In this document: positions 11,904-25,636 of the stretch, piece after piece | Numbering within the stretch: the stretch's first letter is position 1 | Layout: each line of letters opens with the position of its first letter | NCBI RefSeq assembly: GCF_006345805.1 | Contig: NC_043004.1 | Coordinates: 4,650,001-4,714,000, forward strand | Direction of reading: 5' to 3' | Source of the DNA: Octopus sinensis | Taxonomy: Eukaryota | Length of the DNA: 64,000 bases | Program-made: the position numbers and the translations under genes | Notes under the pieces: model-generated | The model's input: only the letters and a program-made list of their open reading frames with translations | Told to the model about the DNA's origin: nothing | The model's database searches: none

Positions 11904-14164
11904 AAGGGCTTCTTTCAGTTTGTGTTACGGAAAACATTCAAGGTTTTGGTTGGCCGGGGCCTATAGAAGACACTTGCACAAGGTGCTACGTAGAGGGACT
12001 GAACTCAAAAACTATGTGGTTGAGAAATAAACTTCATACCACACAGCCATGCTTGTGCTACCCTCAACGTATCTATGTTTTTATGTATTTCACAAACTTT
12101 CTCTATGTTAATATTACATGCTTTGGCTCTGCAGTGTTAGAAGACTTCCTTACTGTTGCTCTGGCCATAGTTGTTACTTGGTATACCATATGCCTTTCTA
12201 TCACAATCAGTACCAGAAAACCCTGAATGTAAATAAAATGATGGTAGCCTTTATTTTATCAGTGCTCATCATCCCATATATACTTGGTCATCTATGTGAT
12301 AGGTTGGTACCAAACTAAGGTTAATAATGTTTGTAATATGCACGACTGCAGTATATTACTGGTCCTCATTTTATTAACACTTATATACATACATGAAAAA
12401 TAAAACTATCCTTTTGTATCCAAGAACATGAAAGGCAATTTACTGTGAGTCTTTTCATTTGCAGTTAAGCAGAAGTTTATTGATAGCATGTAGGTCATTT
12501 GCAGTTAAGCCAGAACTTTTATTGATCATCATCATTATCACATATAAAAATAAAAAAAATAATCCTAGCAGAGTATGAACTCTGATCAGTGAAACTCCAA
12601 GCTTGGCACCAAACTGTATCCAATATAGCGTCTACCATTTACTGGCTCCATGATATGTGAGACAAGTACACTGGAATCAGTTGATCCTAAGACTTGGTTT
12701 CAGTTTCCAGTTGTATGTCATTTCACTTCACATTTACTGGTAATGCTCTTGAACAACACACAACTTCATTTGTTCTCCTCTGTAAATATCAAGTATGACT
12801 GGCTTTGAGTGCCTGTTTATAAAACTAAGATCAGTTTTCCATAGTTATGCAGTGTGCTCTACTTTCTCAGATAACCCATGTCAGTTATGTTCTGTTTACA
12901 ACTAGGTTATCCATCCAGCCATTGCCACTACGCACAAGACTTTAACCCCTTATTCCCTCAGTTTTCCTCTTTCACTTTTATAAAAAAAATGTCCTTCAAC
13001 ACTTGGGAATCTTTATTTGTTTTGCTTAGAATTTGTGGTCTCTCTTTTTTCATTTCTATAGACACCTCCTATAAGTTAATTCCACTCTAATTTTGCAGCA
13101 AAAGCCATATATCTAGTTGACCTGTTTCTAGTTTTCTTTGAAACAACAGTCTACCATAATTTAAATACAAAGTAACCTCTACATAGTCACTGATCCTACT
13201 AGAAATAGCAGCCAAATCTTTTAAATCACATCTTGCTATCTAAAAGAAAAAGCGAGACATAATGGGTATTGTGATTATAGGTACAATGTCTGAATACATA
13301 TCTTGTCTAGTAGGATTTTAAATACCAGCAAAATATCCCCTGAACAACAAATAAACTTCAAATTCTCCACTCTATCTATTTGAGTTATTTCAAGGTTGAC
13401 TGACCTCTTTCACCTATAAAGCGTTTATATATATATATATATATATATGCTAGAAGCATACTCTTGACAGGGAGACTTAGTGGTGAATAATAAATAGTTA
13501 CATTTGATTTGCAACACTTCTGCAGTTACTTTAGTTTTGGGGTAGTTGTTTTTACAGTTTAATGCAGTTTATACATTTAACCATTCAACTATGATGTAAG
13601 ACTGAAACTTGTTAGTTTAAACACACTGAGACAAGTGGAGTCATGAGCTTTGTCCAAGGACAAAAATCCGTGGCTGTACTAAGATTTGGACTTTTGATTA
13701 TTTAGTCACCTGTCCACCAACTTAATTTCTCTCTCTCTATTTTCCAGGTTTACCCTGGATAAGATAAATGTTTGATGGATTAGTTCTTGCTACAACTGGA
13801 TGCTTTTCCTGTCTCTGATCATCTTGAAGTAGAGGTTTAGGAACATAATGCCAGTCAGACAAACTTGAGAAAGCAGATTTATTTGTTTTATTCAGAGATA
13901 TTGTACATTGTAGTGGCTGTGACAGTGACACTCACATCAGAATAAATATGGTAGTGATATTAAGCATGGTGTTCATAGCCCAACAGCTTAGGCTCTGATA
14001 CCCATAATGCAACAGCTGTGACATATACCCATTCTATAACACCTTTGGGTGTATTGCTCACACCACATAAGCTGGGTAGTGATGCACTCACCACAATTGT
14101 GATATTTATACCCATGCAGTGCAACAGTTGTAATGGTTAGTTTACATTGCTCCACAAGGAGCAT

Positions 14165-14357
14165 AGATCTGGTTTCTCTGGCGTATATCTTCTTCCTTGG
14201 TTGGGGCGCCAGTCTGTTACAGGATTACTCATTTTTACAAGCTGAGTGGACTGGAGCAATGTGAAATGAAGTGTTTTGCTCAAGAACACAACGTGTTGCC
14301 CAGTCCAGGAATCAAAACCATAATCTTATGATCATGAGTCCAACACTCTAACCTCCA
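14165..14357 (-). mobile_element. SINE family C (tRNA head + CORE-like domain)
   Basis: gctgagtggactggagcaatgtgaaatgaagtgttttgctcaagaacacaac; homologues at 15330-15592 (-), 34100-34412 (-), 48316-48550 (+). Confidence 0.8.
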
Positions 14358-15329
14358 CATTATAATAGTGGCACCTATTCCAAAATAACTGATAGTAGCA
14401 CCTACATCACAATAGCTGTTTTTATGGTATGGCTATCACTGTCATAAGTCATATCTCTTATAGCCCTGAGTATTATGACATCACTTGGTGTAATGTTATA
14501 TTGCTTCCACAACTGTTCCAGTTGTTGAAATGTGGGCATCCGTTGTGTGTGTTGTGTTATATCACTTCCCGCTGTCAATTAGAATCATGTTATTGTAGAC
14601 CTGCCAATTATTCCAATTTCAATCTAATGACTTAGTTAAGATAAATGTAATTTAGCTAAGTATTGTTTTGAATTAGTGGTTGATGTCTAAGTTAACACTC
14701 ACCTACATTATATTCATTCACTTATCTAGTGCTTACATTTGACTATCTTGCCAGATGCTGTTTTTTTTATTTATTATTATTTGATTTTTTTTTTTTTACT
14801 TTTTGAATTTTTATGGTTTCATCAAAGGAGAGGAGGCAGCATCATTGTGACCTTTGCAGGACCTCCAAGATTGGTGCAAGGAGGGGAAGGGAAGGAGAAA
14901 TCACCACTTGTGGGTTTGATGCTAACCACTAGTATAGCCCTGCTGGAAGTCTGTGGTTGCAGGTGGGCCGGCAAATAAATAGGGCAGAAAATACAGCAAT
15001 ATATTTAAACCATCACACACACACACACACACGTGTGCGTGCGCACATGTGTGTGTAGGCAATACAATGGACTTGGGCCATGCCAAACTCTTGTTATATC
15101 TGAAAGCAAGCTTCTTCCTTGTGTAAAATTCAATAACACAAACAGTGACTCTTTGCAAGGGAGGGTGTGTTATAGGACACAACCCATCAGCTAGAAATAA
15201 CTGTCAAATATCCTTGTTTTCTATTTTAAATAGTTTCTCTTACTCTAGGTACCGATTTAGGGTCTATGGCCTATGGGGATATTGAATAGTAATGTTCCAG
15301 GTTTTACTAGATGGTTCCTTAGATTCTAT

Positions 15330-15592
15330 ATCATCATCATCAACCCTTGGCCATTACTGTGTCATGTCTTATGACTCATAGGACCAGATACTTGATTTCC
15401 ATGGCATATTAGTGACTGAGATCACAAATCTTTTTCCTGAATGGGATGCCAATCTGTCATAGTGTATCTATTACATAGAGCAATGTGAAATGAAGTGTTT
15501 TGCGGAAGAATACAATTTACTACGCGCTCGAGGTATTGAAATTACAATCCTACAATCTCGAGTTCAACACCCTAGTTACTAGGCTATTCTCC
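15330..15592 (-). mobile_element. SINE family C, diverged
   Basis: gagcaatgtgaaatgaagtgttttgc...gagttcaacaccctagttactaggc. Confidence 0.7.
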
Positions 15593-15826
15593 TTAGATTA
15601 GAAGTATTTTATTATTTTTTGCTTTTGTTTTCACAGTCTTACTGAATATCATTTATGTAATATCAGCACTTTGTTAGTTGGTTAATTTTGTTTCTACTTG
15701 TAATTTCTGCTTGTATAATGCAAATTTATTTTCTCAGCTTTCAGTTTATGGTGTTTCATGATATAGTCAATTTTTTTTTTTTTTTCATGTTTAAAAGAAT
15801 TAAGAAACATTAAGAAACATAAAAAT

Positions 15827-16045
15827 AATCCTTTCTACTATAAGTATGATGCCTGAAATCTTTTAGGGGTGTGGGACCGGTCAATTACATTGACCCTAGT
15901 ACTCAGCTTACACTAATTTCATCAACCCCAAATAGGTTAAAAAAACGAAGTCGACCATGATAGAATTTGAACTTAGAATGTTGGGATGGATGAAATGCTG
16001 CTAAGCATTTTGTCTGGCACGTTAACAATTCTGTCAGTTTGCTGT
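15827..16045 (-). mobile_element. SINE family B (~220 bp, tRNA-like head, (ATT) tail)
   Basis: Reverse complement of the aaggcggtgagctggcagaa...gagttcaaatt...gaaaggattatt consensus seen at 42034 and 62750. Confidence 0.75.
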
Positions 16046-16913
16046 AAATTGATTTGATAACGAACAACAAGAAGGCTTACTCTGTGTGTGTGCGTGCGCG
16101 CGCAGTAAGGTGACTGAAAGTTTAATGGAGTTTTTACTATAGAAATCATTGATGACATTTTAACTTGCTTCTGTATGCCATTTGACCATAGGTCAGCTCT
16201 GACTAAACAGGCCTGTGTTCAAAGGCATTCCAACCATGACCATTCTGTCATAGTTTTCAGGACTCATTCATTATATAATGTATCTTTTCCTTTTATTAAG
16301 AGAGGTGTGTGTTATTTGGAGGAGATTTGGCTGCTAGGTCAAGTGACCTTGTGTGTAGAGAGGCTCATAGTTGTTTATCTATTTGGTAATAATCTAAATT
16401 GTTGAAAAAGAAGTCAGATTCTCTCTGTATTGAATATAGTTACAGTGACCTACTTTGGTACATAGTCACTAGTTACTACTATCAATATAATAAGGTTGTG
16501 TAAGTCATTAGTATTACGCATGTGTATGTTTGTGTGTGTGTGTGTGTATATATGTATGTATGTATACGTACATGCACCTTTTGGGTGGGTCTTTTTTTAT
16601 TTTAAATACTGTTTTTTTTTTTTTTTTGGTTTTTTAATACTTATACTCATGTTCTGTATTTGCTAGAAGTTGACTCTGAAATAATATATATATAGTCTGG
16701 GAACAGCAGGGGAAAAATGTTAGCAAGTCTTTGTGTAATACAATAATTAATCTTTTGATTTATTTTTGCTTTAATACTGGAAATATTTTATTCTCAACTC
16801 TCATACACGTGGTAGAGGATGGTGAGAAAAAAGTACAAGTTGTATTTGCTTATAGTTGCTTTTTTTCTTTCTTTTCTGTTTTTAATTTTATTCATTATAG
16901 AACTTAATGTAGT

Positions 16914-16949
<36 letters not shown>

Positions 16950-18649
16950 CCACCTGCTGAATTGATGATACTTAGAGATTATCAGTCTCAAGTTAAGCGC
17001 AAGTCCTAACCTATTCATTCAGTTAGGTTTTTATGTTGTGTTATGAGTTGACCTGAGTTAAGGAATGTTTAAAAGGAATGATTTAACCAGAAAGCAAAAA
17101 GTTGAAGCACGTAGTAGTAGTGGTGAGTAAAAAAAAAAAAATTTGTAATGATTAAATAGATTCAAAAGTTTGAGATGATAAAAATAGTTGAGGTGGTGGT
17201 AGGTGCTGGTGTTTACTGCTCTTAATCTTTCATACATCTGAACTTCTTGTAGTATCAGTATCCTCTTTTTATTGATACTAGTGATATCACGTATTATGTA
17301 GCTGGATTTGAAACTCTGATACCACTTAAAGGCTGCGGAATAAATGGTGAGATGTCTGTCTGTCATTGGTTGAAAAGCTTATAAAGAAGGTTCAGCTAGT
17401 CTTGTTATGAACTATTCTGTTTTATCTAAATACTATGCTCTGGTGCACATATAAGTGTACCACACATTATACTGTATTGTTATACCATATACATAAACAC
17501 AAATATACCACTCATATATGACACTGTATGGCACACAAATTCCTATATCATACACTTACACTTGATTTTCTATACTCTCTCTCTCACACACACACTTACA
17601 AGCTATTCCTTTTACTGTGTTACCATCAAATATTTCTATAAATCAGGTTATCTGCATAAATGTTGAATGAAGCAAGTGTTTTACAGCTGGAGGTCTGTTC
17701 CTATCATCAGACTTTATTGCAGAAGGCCTTTTGGCTAGTGCATTGCTTTACTGGGGTCCAAACTGTTACTTCCTGTCAACGGCTTGTTTCTCAGAAATGT
17801 TTAATGATTGTCGGTATTTTTCACAGAAACATGTTACCGCATAGTTAGTAACCTAAACTCATGGGTAGGGTAATACTTCTGAAAGGTATTTCAACATTTG
17901 GAACATAATCTCACACCCTCTCTTTAAGTTCAATAGGTGGCATCCACTGAGTACAGAGTGGCTTACATTCTTTTTGCTTGGTGATTGGCACAATGACCAA
18001 GAAAATCCTTAGAATCTTAGATTCATTTCTTCTTACTCTTTCCTTGCAGCACAACCCTTCCTTGTTAACAACAAAAAAACAGTTCAACTTATGATAGAAA
18101 TAGTGGCTAAATCAATATCATATTACATAACCATCTTAAAAATGGACTCAGTGGACAATGTCATCCTGCATAAGCTCAAATAACTGGATGCTCATGGTTG
18201 GAATGCTTTTGATCAAACAGTGTTGATCTATCATCGTCATCATTGTCATCATCTATGCAATGAGGTCTAAAGTCTACCAAATGAAAGGTTACTTAAATCT
18301 AAGAGGTGTGCAATAGATATTCAAAATGGGTATCAATCCTCACATAAGCTATATCTTTGATAATTTGCAAATATTGTGATTATTAAATGCATGCTGGAGA
18401 CCACAACAATACTAAACATTGTACCGGATTATCAAGCAACTGTTGAAGACGTGTATTCTTTTACACTCCATTCAAACGATGCCATGCTGTCTTTTTCTTT
18501 CATCTTTCCTGGATAGAATAAGTATCTGTCAATTTCTAGGTTGATTTTTTTTTAAAGACAATATTTCTTTCAAGGACATCTAGCATTATTGTCACTATCA
18601 TGCCAAAGGCAGAATAATTACCATGTTGGCCCTTAATGCTTAACAACAT

Positions 18650-18815
18650 TTCTTATAGCTCTTTACATCCTGGGTTCAAATTCCATCAAGAGCAACTTTG
18701 CTTTCCTTCTTTTGCGGTTTACAAAACTAATACCCATTGAGCACTGGGGTTGAGATAATCAACCAGCACCCTTCCTACACAAAATTTCAGGCCTTGTACC
18801 TGTAGTAGAAATAAT
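18650..18815 (+). mobile_element. SINE family B fragment
   Basis: gggttcaaattcc...aactttgctttcc...aaaatttcaggccttgtacctgtagtagaa. Confidence 0.7.
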
Positions 18816-19949
18816 TGTTACTATTATGCTTAATGATGAAGAGAGCATAAAATATATTGGCAGCTAACAGTTGTTGATGCTTGTATCCTGTCACAAATAC
18901 TAGCTCTGTTTGTAGCTAAGACACTTGAGTCTGAACAGCTAAGTTTATGTAGCTGTGAGTCATCTGGACTATAGTATTAGTAGTAGTAGGGGGTGGCATG
19001 TGCTGTAAAAATGAGTTGCAGCATCCACCATTTGTTGGTGAATTCCTACTCCTCCTGGTGGCTGACATCTCTGCCCCACTTGGGTGACAAGCCTCCAATC
19101 CATGGGTCAGTTTGGACAGCCATTTGATGGTGAGAATTTTACAAGGTCAAAGTGCAAATTCTACTTCAACCTCGTTTAGTTAATTTTTACCATGTGCAGA
19201 GAAAACATTGAGTCTTTTCTTTGACATACTGGTCCCAACACAACACACCGTCCGTCCTGGGAATCAAATCAAGCCCACTTTCTGATGATTGTGAGTGCAA
19301 CACATTTACCACATCTTGGCTATAAGTCCACCTAATTTTGATTATTACTCACCAGTGTAAACAGTGACAGTTCTAGAGAATAGACTATTGATTTGTTGCC
19401 TTGCAAAATGCTTTGTTCAATTTTTCCCAGTGTGTAAAACTACCTGCAATATGCTGCCTTACCCAAGAGAAGTTCTATCTCTTTTATTTCACTATCCTGC
19501 TACAGAAAAAGAATGGACTTTTAACTAAGGATTAAGAGTGTACGTTGCTGATCACTGTGAGGCACTATCTTAGCGGGGCAAATGGTACTGGATGGTTTAA
19601 TACAGAGTTTGTAAACTTTCTCAGTGTTGCTGATAAGAATGAATGTTTACTTCCTAATATTAATGCCTAGAGAAATATGTTAAGAGAAAATATATTAAGG
19701 GTTTTAAGGAATAGAGAGGTGAGCACATTGGTTAATGGCTGTTGGTTTAACCTCGTAGGATTTAATATGAAGCTTACAACTCAACACAGCTCTTGTAACT
19801 TGAGATTTAATTGATATTCCAGCTATTTTGAAGCTTTATGGTTTTTTTTTTTTGCGTGTCATCTTGCTTGAATAGGAGAGACCCTGTTTATTTAGATATT
19901 ATCCTTACGTTGTAGTGGAAATAGCACATCCCTTCTACAGGACAACTTG

Positions 19950-20141
19950 GTGACAATAAGTTGTACTTGTAATTCAAAGAGCTGACCATGTCACATTCTG
20001 TGTCATGCTGAATCTCCTTGGTAACTATGTTAGGAGTACACATGTTTGTGGAGTGCTCAGGCACTTGTACTTTAATTATAAGCAATTGTTCTGTTGGTTG
20101 AATCAGTTGGAACCCTCGTCGTCGTAACCGATGGAGTACCA
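19950..20141 (+). mobile_element. SINE family D 3' half
   Basis: Matches 2210-2370 (ggaaccctcgtcgtcgtaaccgatggagt). Confidence 0.7.
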
Positions 20142-22139
20142 ATCAGTTATATATATATATATATATATAAACATTTATTTCTGTTGCTATCCAGTTTCAC
20201 ACTTCTTCCTTTAGCAATACTGTAATGATGAAAGATAACTTAAACTTTTCATAATTATATAAATACATACACATACATGCAATCTTGTCACTTTGGGTAA
20301 GTGTGGTTTTATAGACTCGGGCTGCACACTGTCTTCTGAGTGGAATTTGTCAACAGAAACTGTACAGAAATCAGTCAAATGTGTGTGTATTGACATCACA
20401 TGATAATTCTACACAAGTGTTACTGTCATACATGTGGTGTTCTTTGTTTCTAGTTTGCTGTGGAAATGTGTCCAATCATGAGGAAATATTACTTTACTTG
20501 AGGGTTGGCAACTGGAAGGGCATCCAGCAAAAAAAAAAAAGCTACCTCAGCAGATTCCATCTAACCCATGCATACATGAAAAGTGGATGTTAAAACAGTA
20601 ATGATGATGACACACACAGACACACACAAAACTCAGTGTTAAAAACGCATGCATGCACGCACGCTCACACACACACACACCAAGTATGTTTATATTGATA
20701 TATCCTGTGCATTCTCTCTGTACATACAAGTTATACAATCATGTGCAAGCGAAGCATATTTGTATGTATGTATATATATATGATAACTTTATAAGCAATA
20801 TTTGTGTTATATAGTGTACTATTCCATTATTAGTGGGCTCAACAAAAAAAAAAGTATTCCATCCAATGAGACACACACACATGCACGAATATATACACAT
20901 ATATATACTTATCTATTTATATGTGTATCTTTTTCCATTGTCTTGAGTCACAACAGACATTTCCCATTTCAAAACTATTTTACTTAATCTCATTCAATAG
21001 AAACAGTAAATTAATTATGCGTGGCAACACTAATTTAAAAGAAAAAGGGAGATATGAAACAAAGATGGTTGTATGTACTTTTTCTTCTTATCCTGTACGC
21101 TTAGTTACAGGACATCGGTAATTTATTGTGTCTCCTGTTAACAGAAAGCTTGGGAAAGGTCATTGCTAAACAGCTTGGGAGGCATCTAGCGAAAGTGTCG
21201 GAGTTGTATTGCAAATGTTTGTTAGGCAATATTTGTAAATGAGATCTGAAACTGCTTTGTTTCTTTGCCTTAGCAGCCAACAGTTTCCTCTCTTCTGAAT
21301 TAAATCGACCAATTTAAGGAAGCTACCATGGCCATTTGTTACACAGTTGTGTTCATGTTGAATTGAAAAAAAAATATGTGTGCATAAGATACTGCACTAG
21401 AATGCTACCTAGTCGTTTGTAATTTCCTCTCCTTGCTCATATTTTTCTTACTGGCACTGATCTCTACATATTTAATCTTACCAGTCGCAGAGGGTTTGTA
21501 AACTCCTTTGCTGTTGTTAGATGCACACACACACCCACAACCACCATCTTCTCTCCCTTTACTTTTGGGGTGGCTATGAATCTCCTCTACAGCAAATCAT
21601 TTATTCTTCCTTTTGTTATACACTTGCCTCTCAACACCTGGCTGAAGCCACTTCCTTCAATACTACATTCACCCTCAATCAAAGAGTCTTATCCTGTAAG
21701 TTACTTGGTGATCTCATTAGTGCTAGTCATATGAAAAAGCAGCCAGTACACTTTGTAAAATGGCCTGCATTAGGAAGTGCATCTGTCTGTAGAAACTGTG
21801 CTAAAACAGACACTGGAGCTTGACACAGTCTTGTGACCTGTTGAATTTTGTCAAACAACCCGATCGATGCTAGCATGGAATACAGATGTTAAATGATGAT
21901 TGTGATATAGTAATAGCTCTTATTTATAATCATGGACAGTGTTAGAAAAATCAGTAGGTCCCAAGCTCTTTATTTAATACTAGGTTCCAAACTATTTAAT
22001 GCTATGAGCCACTTATTTTAGCAAGCCTGGAAGGATGAAAGAAAAGTTGTCCTCAGCAGGATTTGAACTTGGAACATGAAGGAATAAAACTAAATATTAC
22101 AAACCATTTAATCTGCCACCCTTTAAAATCAGCATCATC

Positions 22140-22556
22140 ATTTAACATCTTTTCCATGCTCACATGGGTCAGACAGTGTTTTGTCTAGGGAAGTTTTCTA
22201 CAGGTATATGCCCTTCCTGATATCACCCTTCATCTGTTTCCAAGCAAAGTAATGTTTCTCCATAGTCAGGTATGTTTTACATGGAAAACTGGAAATGAAC
22301 AGCGTCACTTGCATGATGATGCTTACTTACAACTATCACATTTTGTTAAAACTAGGGTACAAACATGGATGTGCACACACACACACACACACAAACAAAA
22401 CAAACTTCTTTGGATTTCCATCTATTAAAGCCACTCACAAGGCATTGGTTGGCCCTGGGTTTGAAGTAGAAGACACTTATCCATGGTGTCACATAGTGAG
22501 ACTGAAACGCAGAACCATGTGTTTGGGAAGGAAGCTTCTCAAACATGGTTGTCATG
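22140..22556 (-). mobile_element. SINE family A variant with (GAT)-type tail
   Basis: catcatcatttaacatc...catctgtttccaagcaaagtaat..., (CA)n, ccactcacaaggcattggttggcc...gtagaagacactt. Confidence 0.75.
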
Positions 22557-22705
22557 TTTTAGCTAAGGATTAGGTGTGCCTAACAGCTACACCTGTACTT
22601 AACAGACTTGCTTACACCTAGTAGCAAGAATAAGAAATCGATCATGTTGAGGTGATAACTGCCTGATTAAATAATTTGTAGACTCCTTCTGCAGTTGTGT
22701 ACATG

Positions 22706-22739
<34 letters not shown>

Positions 22740-22742
<3 letters not shown>

Positions 22743-22936
22743 TACTCTCTTACTTGTTTCTGTCATTTGACTGTGGCCATGCTGGAGCATCGCCTTTAGT
22801 TGAGCAAATCCACCCCAGGACTTATTCTTTGTAAGCCTAGTATTTATTTTATTGGTCTTTTTTGCTGAACCGCTAAGTTAAAGGGACGTAAACACACCAG
22901 CATCGGTTGTCAAGTGATGTTGGGGGGACAAACACA

Positions 22937-22994
<58 letters not shown>

Positions 22995-23147
22995 CGACGG
23001 GCTTCTTTCAGTTTCCGTCTACCAAATCCACTCACAAGGCTTTGGTCGACTCGAGGCTATAGTAGAAGACACTTGCCCAAGGTGCCACGCAGTGGGACTG
23101 AACCCGGAACCATGAGGTTGGTAAGCAAACTACTTACCACACAGCCA
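22740..23147 (-). mobile_element. SINE family A, near full-length young copy
   Basis: Highly similar to 3876-4266, with expanded internal (CA)n(TA)n. Confidence 0.9.
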
Positions 23148-24174
23148 CATATATATATATATATATGTGTGCACACGCGCGTGCATGTGTGTGTATATAT
23201 ATATTATATTACAGTTTCATGCACTATATTTAGCTTCTCTGTTAACTTTTTGTCATCTTCCTTGTTTGTGAGGTCACATAAGTAGTCATAAGGTTTTTGA
23301 ATAAAAAGTTTTTGATTTTTCATATCAATGTCAGTGCTCAGAATTCCATTAACAGGATGTATCTCCTCTCTGGTTACCTCTTTGAGCCACTGAGAAAGAA
23401 GGAGGGTTTTATTCCTTTAAATGTTTAGAAATAGAGAAATGCTCTTTATCCTTCATTTCCTCCTCCTCCTCATACTCTCTCTACTTAGAGAAATGAATAG
23501 TATGCAACAGGTTTCCACCAACTCTTGAAGAGCTGGCAAAAGATTAATTCAAGGTTACATGGTTATCTTCTTCTTATCAGTTTGTATTTGGTTTTATATT
23601 CCTCCACCATCCAACCCATTACATTGATAACAGAGGTGTCCTATTAAACTGATGATTTTATTATCAGAATTGAAAGCAAAAGCAAAGAATTATCAAAGAA
23701 AGACACCAAATAAAATTAAATAACAAATAAATGAAAACTAATTAAAAACAAAAATAAAGAAATTTTATTTCCTCTTCTACTTTTTTGTTTGATAATTTCA
23801 CTTAAGTTTGAATTGAAGAAAGAAAAAATCCAGAAATGTTTTTTTTTTAAATTCTCATCTGTAGGATTCTTAGAGAAAGAAAAAAATATTTCTTACCGTG
23901 GCATTAAAAAATAAGGTTTGGCTTAAACCATAAAAACATGTTCTCCCCCCCCCTTCTCTCTCTCATTCTCTCTCTCACTCATTCCCCTCTCTCTCTAAGA
24001 CAAGATTACTTTTTATTGCACTGAAAATGTGTAAGAAAACTTTCCCCCCTCTTCTACTGGATGAGGCAGCAAAACAAATATGCTGCTCTATATTAAAAAG
24101 CTTACTCAAGCAGAACTTTTGAAACTGTTATTGATGGATTTTAAATTAACTGCTAAGATATTGATGTAAATAAT

Positions 24175-24692
24175 ATTAGCTGTGTGGCTGGCTAAGAACC
24201 TTGCTTTGCAACTACAAGATTTTATGTTCAGTCCTACTGCATGACACCTTGAGCAATTGTCTTCTAATGTAGGCCTGGCTGACCAATGTGCTGTGAGGGA
24301 ATTTGATAGATGGAAACTATGAAGAAGCCTGTTGTGTGTGTGTGTGTGTAGGACTGGCTGTGTGGTAAGTAGTTTGCTTACCAACCACATGGTTCCGGGT
24401 TCATTCCCACTGCATGGTACCTTTGCTCAACTAAAGGTGGTGCTCCAGTATGGCTGCAGTCAAATGACTGAAACAAGTAAAAGAGTAAAGAGAGCTTATA
24501 TATGTGTGTATGTCTTTCTGTTTGTCCCCCACTAATGCTTGATGTCTGGTGTTGGTTTATTTACATCCCTGTAACTTAGCATTTCAGCAAACGGATCGAT
24601 GGAATAAGTAACAGGCTTTATAAATATTGGGGTCAAGGTGGTGCCCTCAGCATGCCTGCAGTCAAATGACTGAAACAAGTAAAAGATAGAAG
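24175..24692 (+). mobile_element. Older SINE A with a younger internally deleted SINE A (24349-24490) nested in its microsatellite
   Basis: Head/core 24175-24332, second head fused directly to tail 24349-24490, remaining 3' half 24500-24692. Confidence 0.75.
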
Positions 24693-25429
24693 ATATTCAA
24701 AGCACCAGTCTAAAGTCAAAAATGAGCAACAGGCCCTCCTATTGAGCTGGCCTCTGATGCTACAGAATTTCAACTGTGTATGCCCTACTGGTGTTTAGAT
24801 GTGATGTATGTTTTGATGTCCATGGTAAAAGTGGACTGAAGGTGTGTGTGTGTGCATGCTTAAGATCATTTCAGTGATTAACAGGAGAAATTGATGTTAT
24901 CTGAATCTTCATAACCATCTATTTCTCACTCTGTCCATTGATATATCATATCTTCATATTTCTCTTCATTGAACCATGAAAAAAAAAAAACAAAACAAAA
25001 AAACAAAAAACCTCAGCTTCTCAAAGTCATTTCAGATACATCTCTTGTTTTTATCTTTGAAGAAAGAAGTGAGTTTTACATTAATATTTTTCTATTAATT
25101 TCCATTTAGTTTTGAAATCCAATACATTAACTTACAATTATTTTACTATGTTTCCACTAAAGGAAATTCTCTATGGTTGTTTGATCTGCTGGATATAGCA
25201 ACCATATTTCATTGTAGTCTTTAAAAAAGGGAAGGATGTTTTGGGAAATGTAGTCCTAGATACGATATGACTGAATAAAAAACATGATCACAGCTCAAAA
25301 AACAGAACGATCATACTGGAATGGCTTTGTGTAGTCAGGTTGACCTGGGGTTAAACCACAACAACTGGAATTAATTTTGATGGCACAAGAGACTATTCTT
25401 TAAAGTATAATAATTTCCTGGCCAGTAAT

Positions 25430-25636
25430 TTAACCATTTAACATTTAAACCAGCTATATCTAGCTAAAATATTCTACTTGTTTAATGCTCAAACAGCCGA
25501 TATCTGGTCTCTTACACCAACCCTACAATATTATACTAAAAGTAAACAATCACATCATTGAAAACTCAAAACTACAACATAATGCATGATTAATTCAAGA
25601 GAATTTAAAAGAAGAATCTGAATGCTAAAGGTTTAA
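25430..25636 (+). mobile_element. piggyBac-like MITE
   Basis: TTAA-ccatttaacatt ... aatgctaaaggt-TTAA; degenerate TIRs with TTAA flanks. Confidence 0.75.

Noticed and set aside
13930-14600. Faintly periodic tgtgata/cacaa-rich tract, similar in texture to 33690-34800
   Set aside because: No definable unit length by eye; likely an ancient decayed minisatellite or repeat
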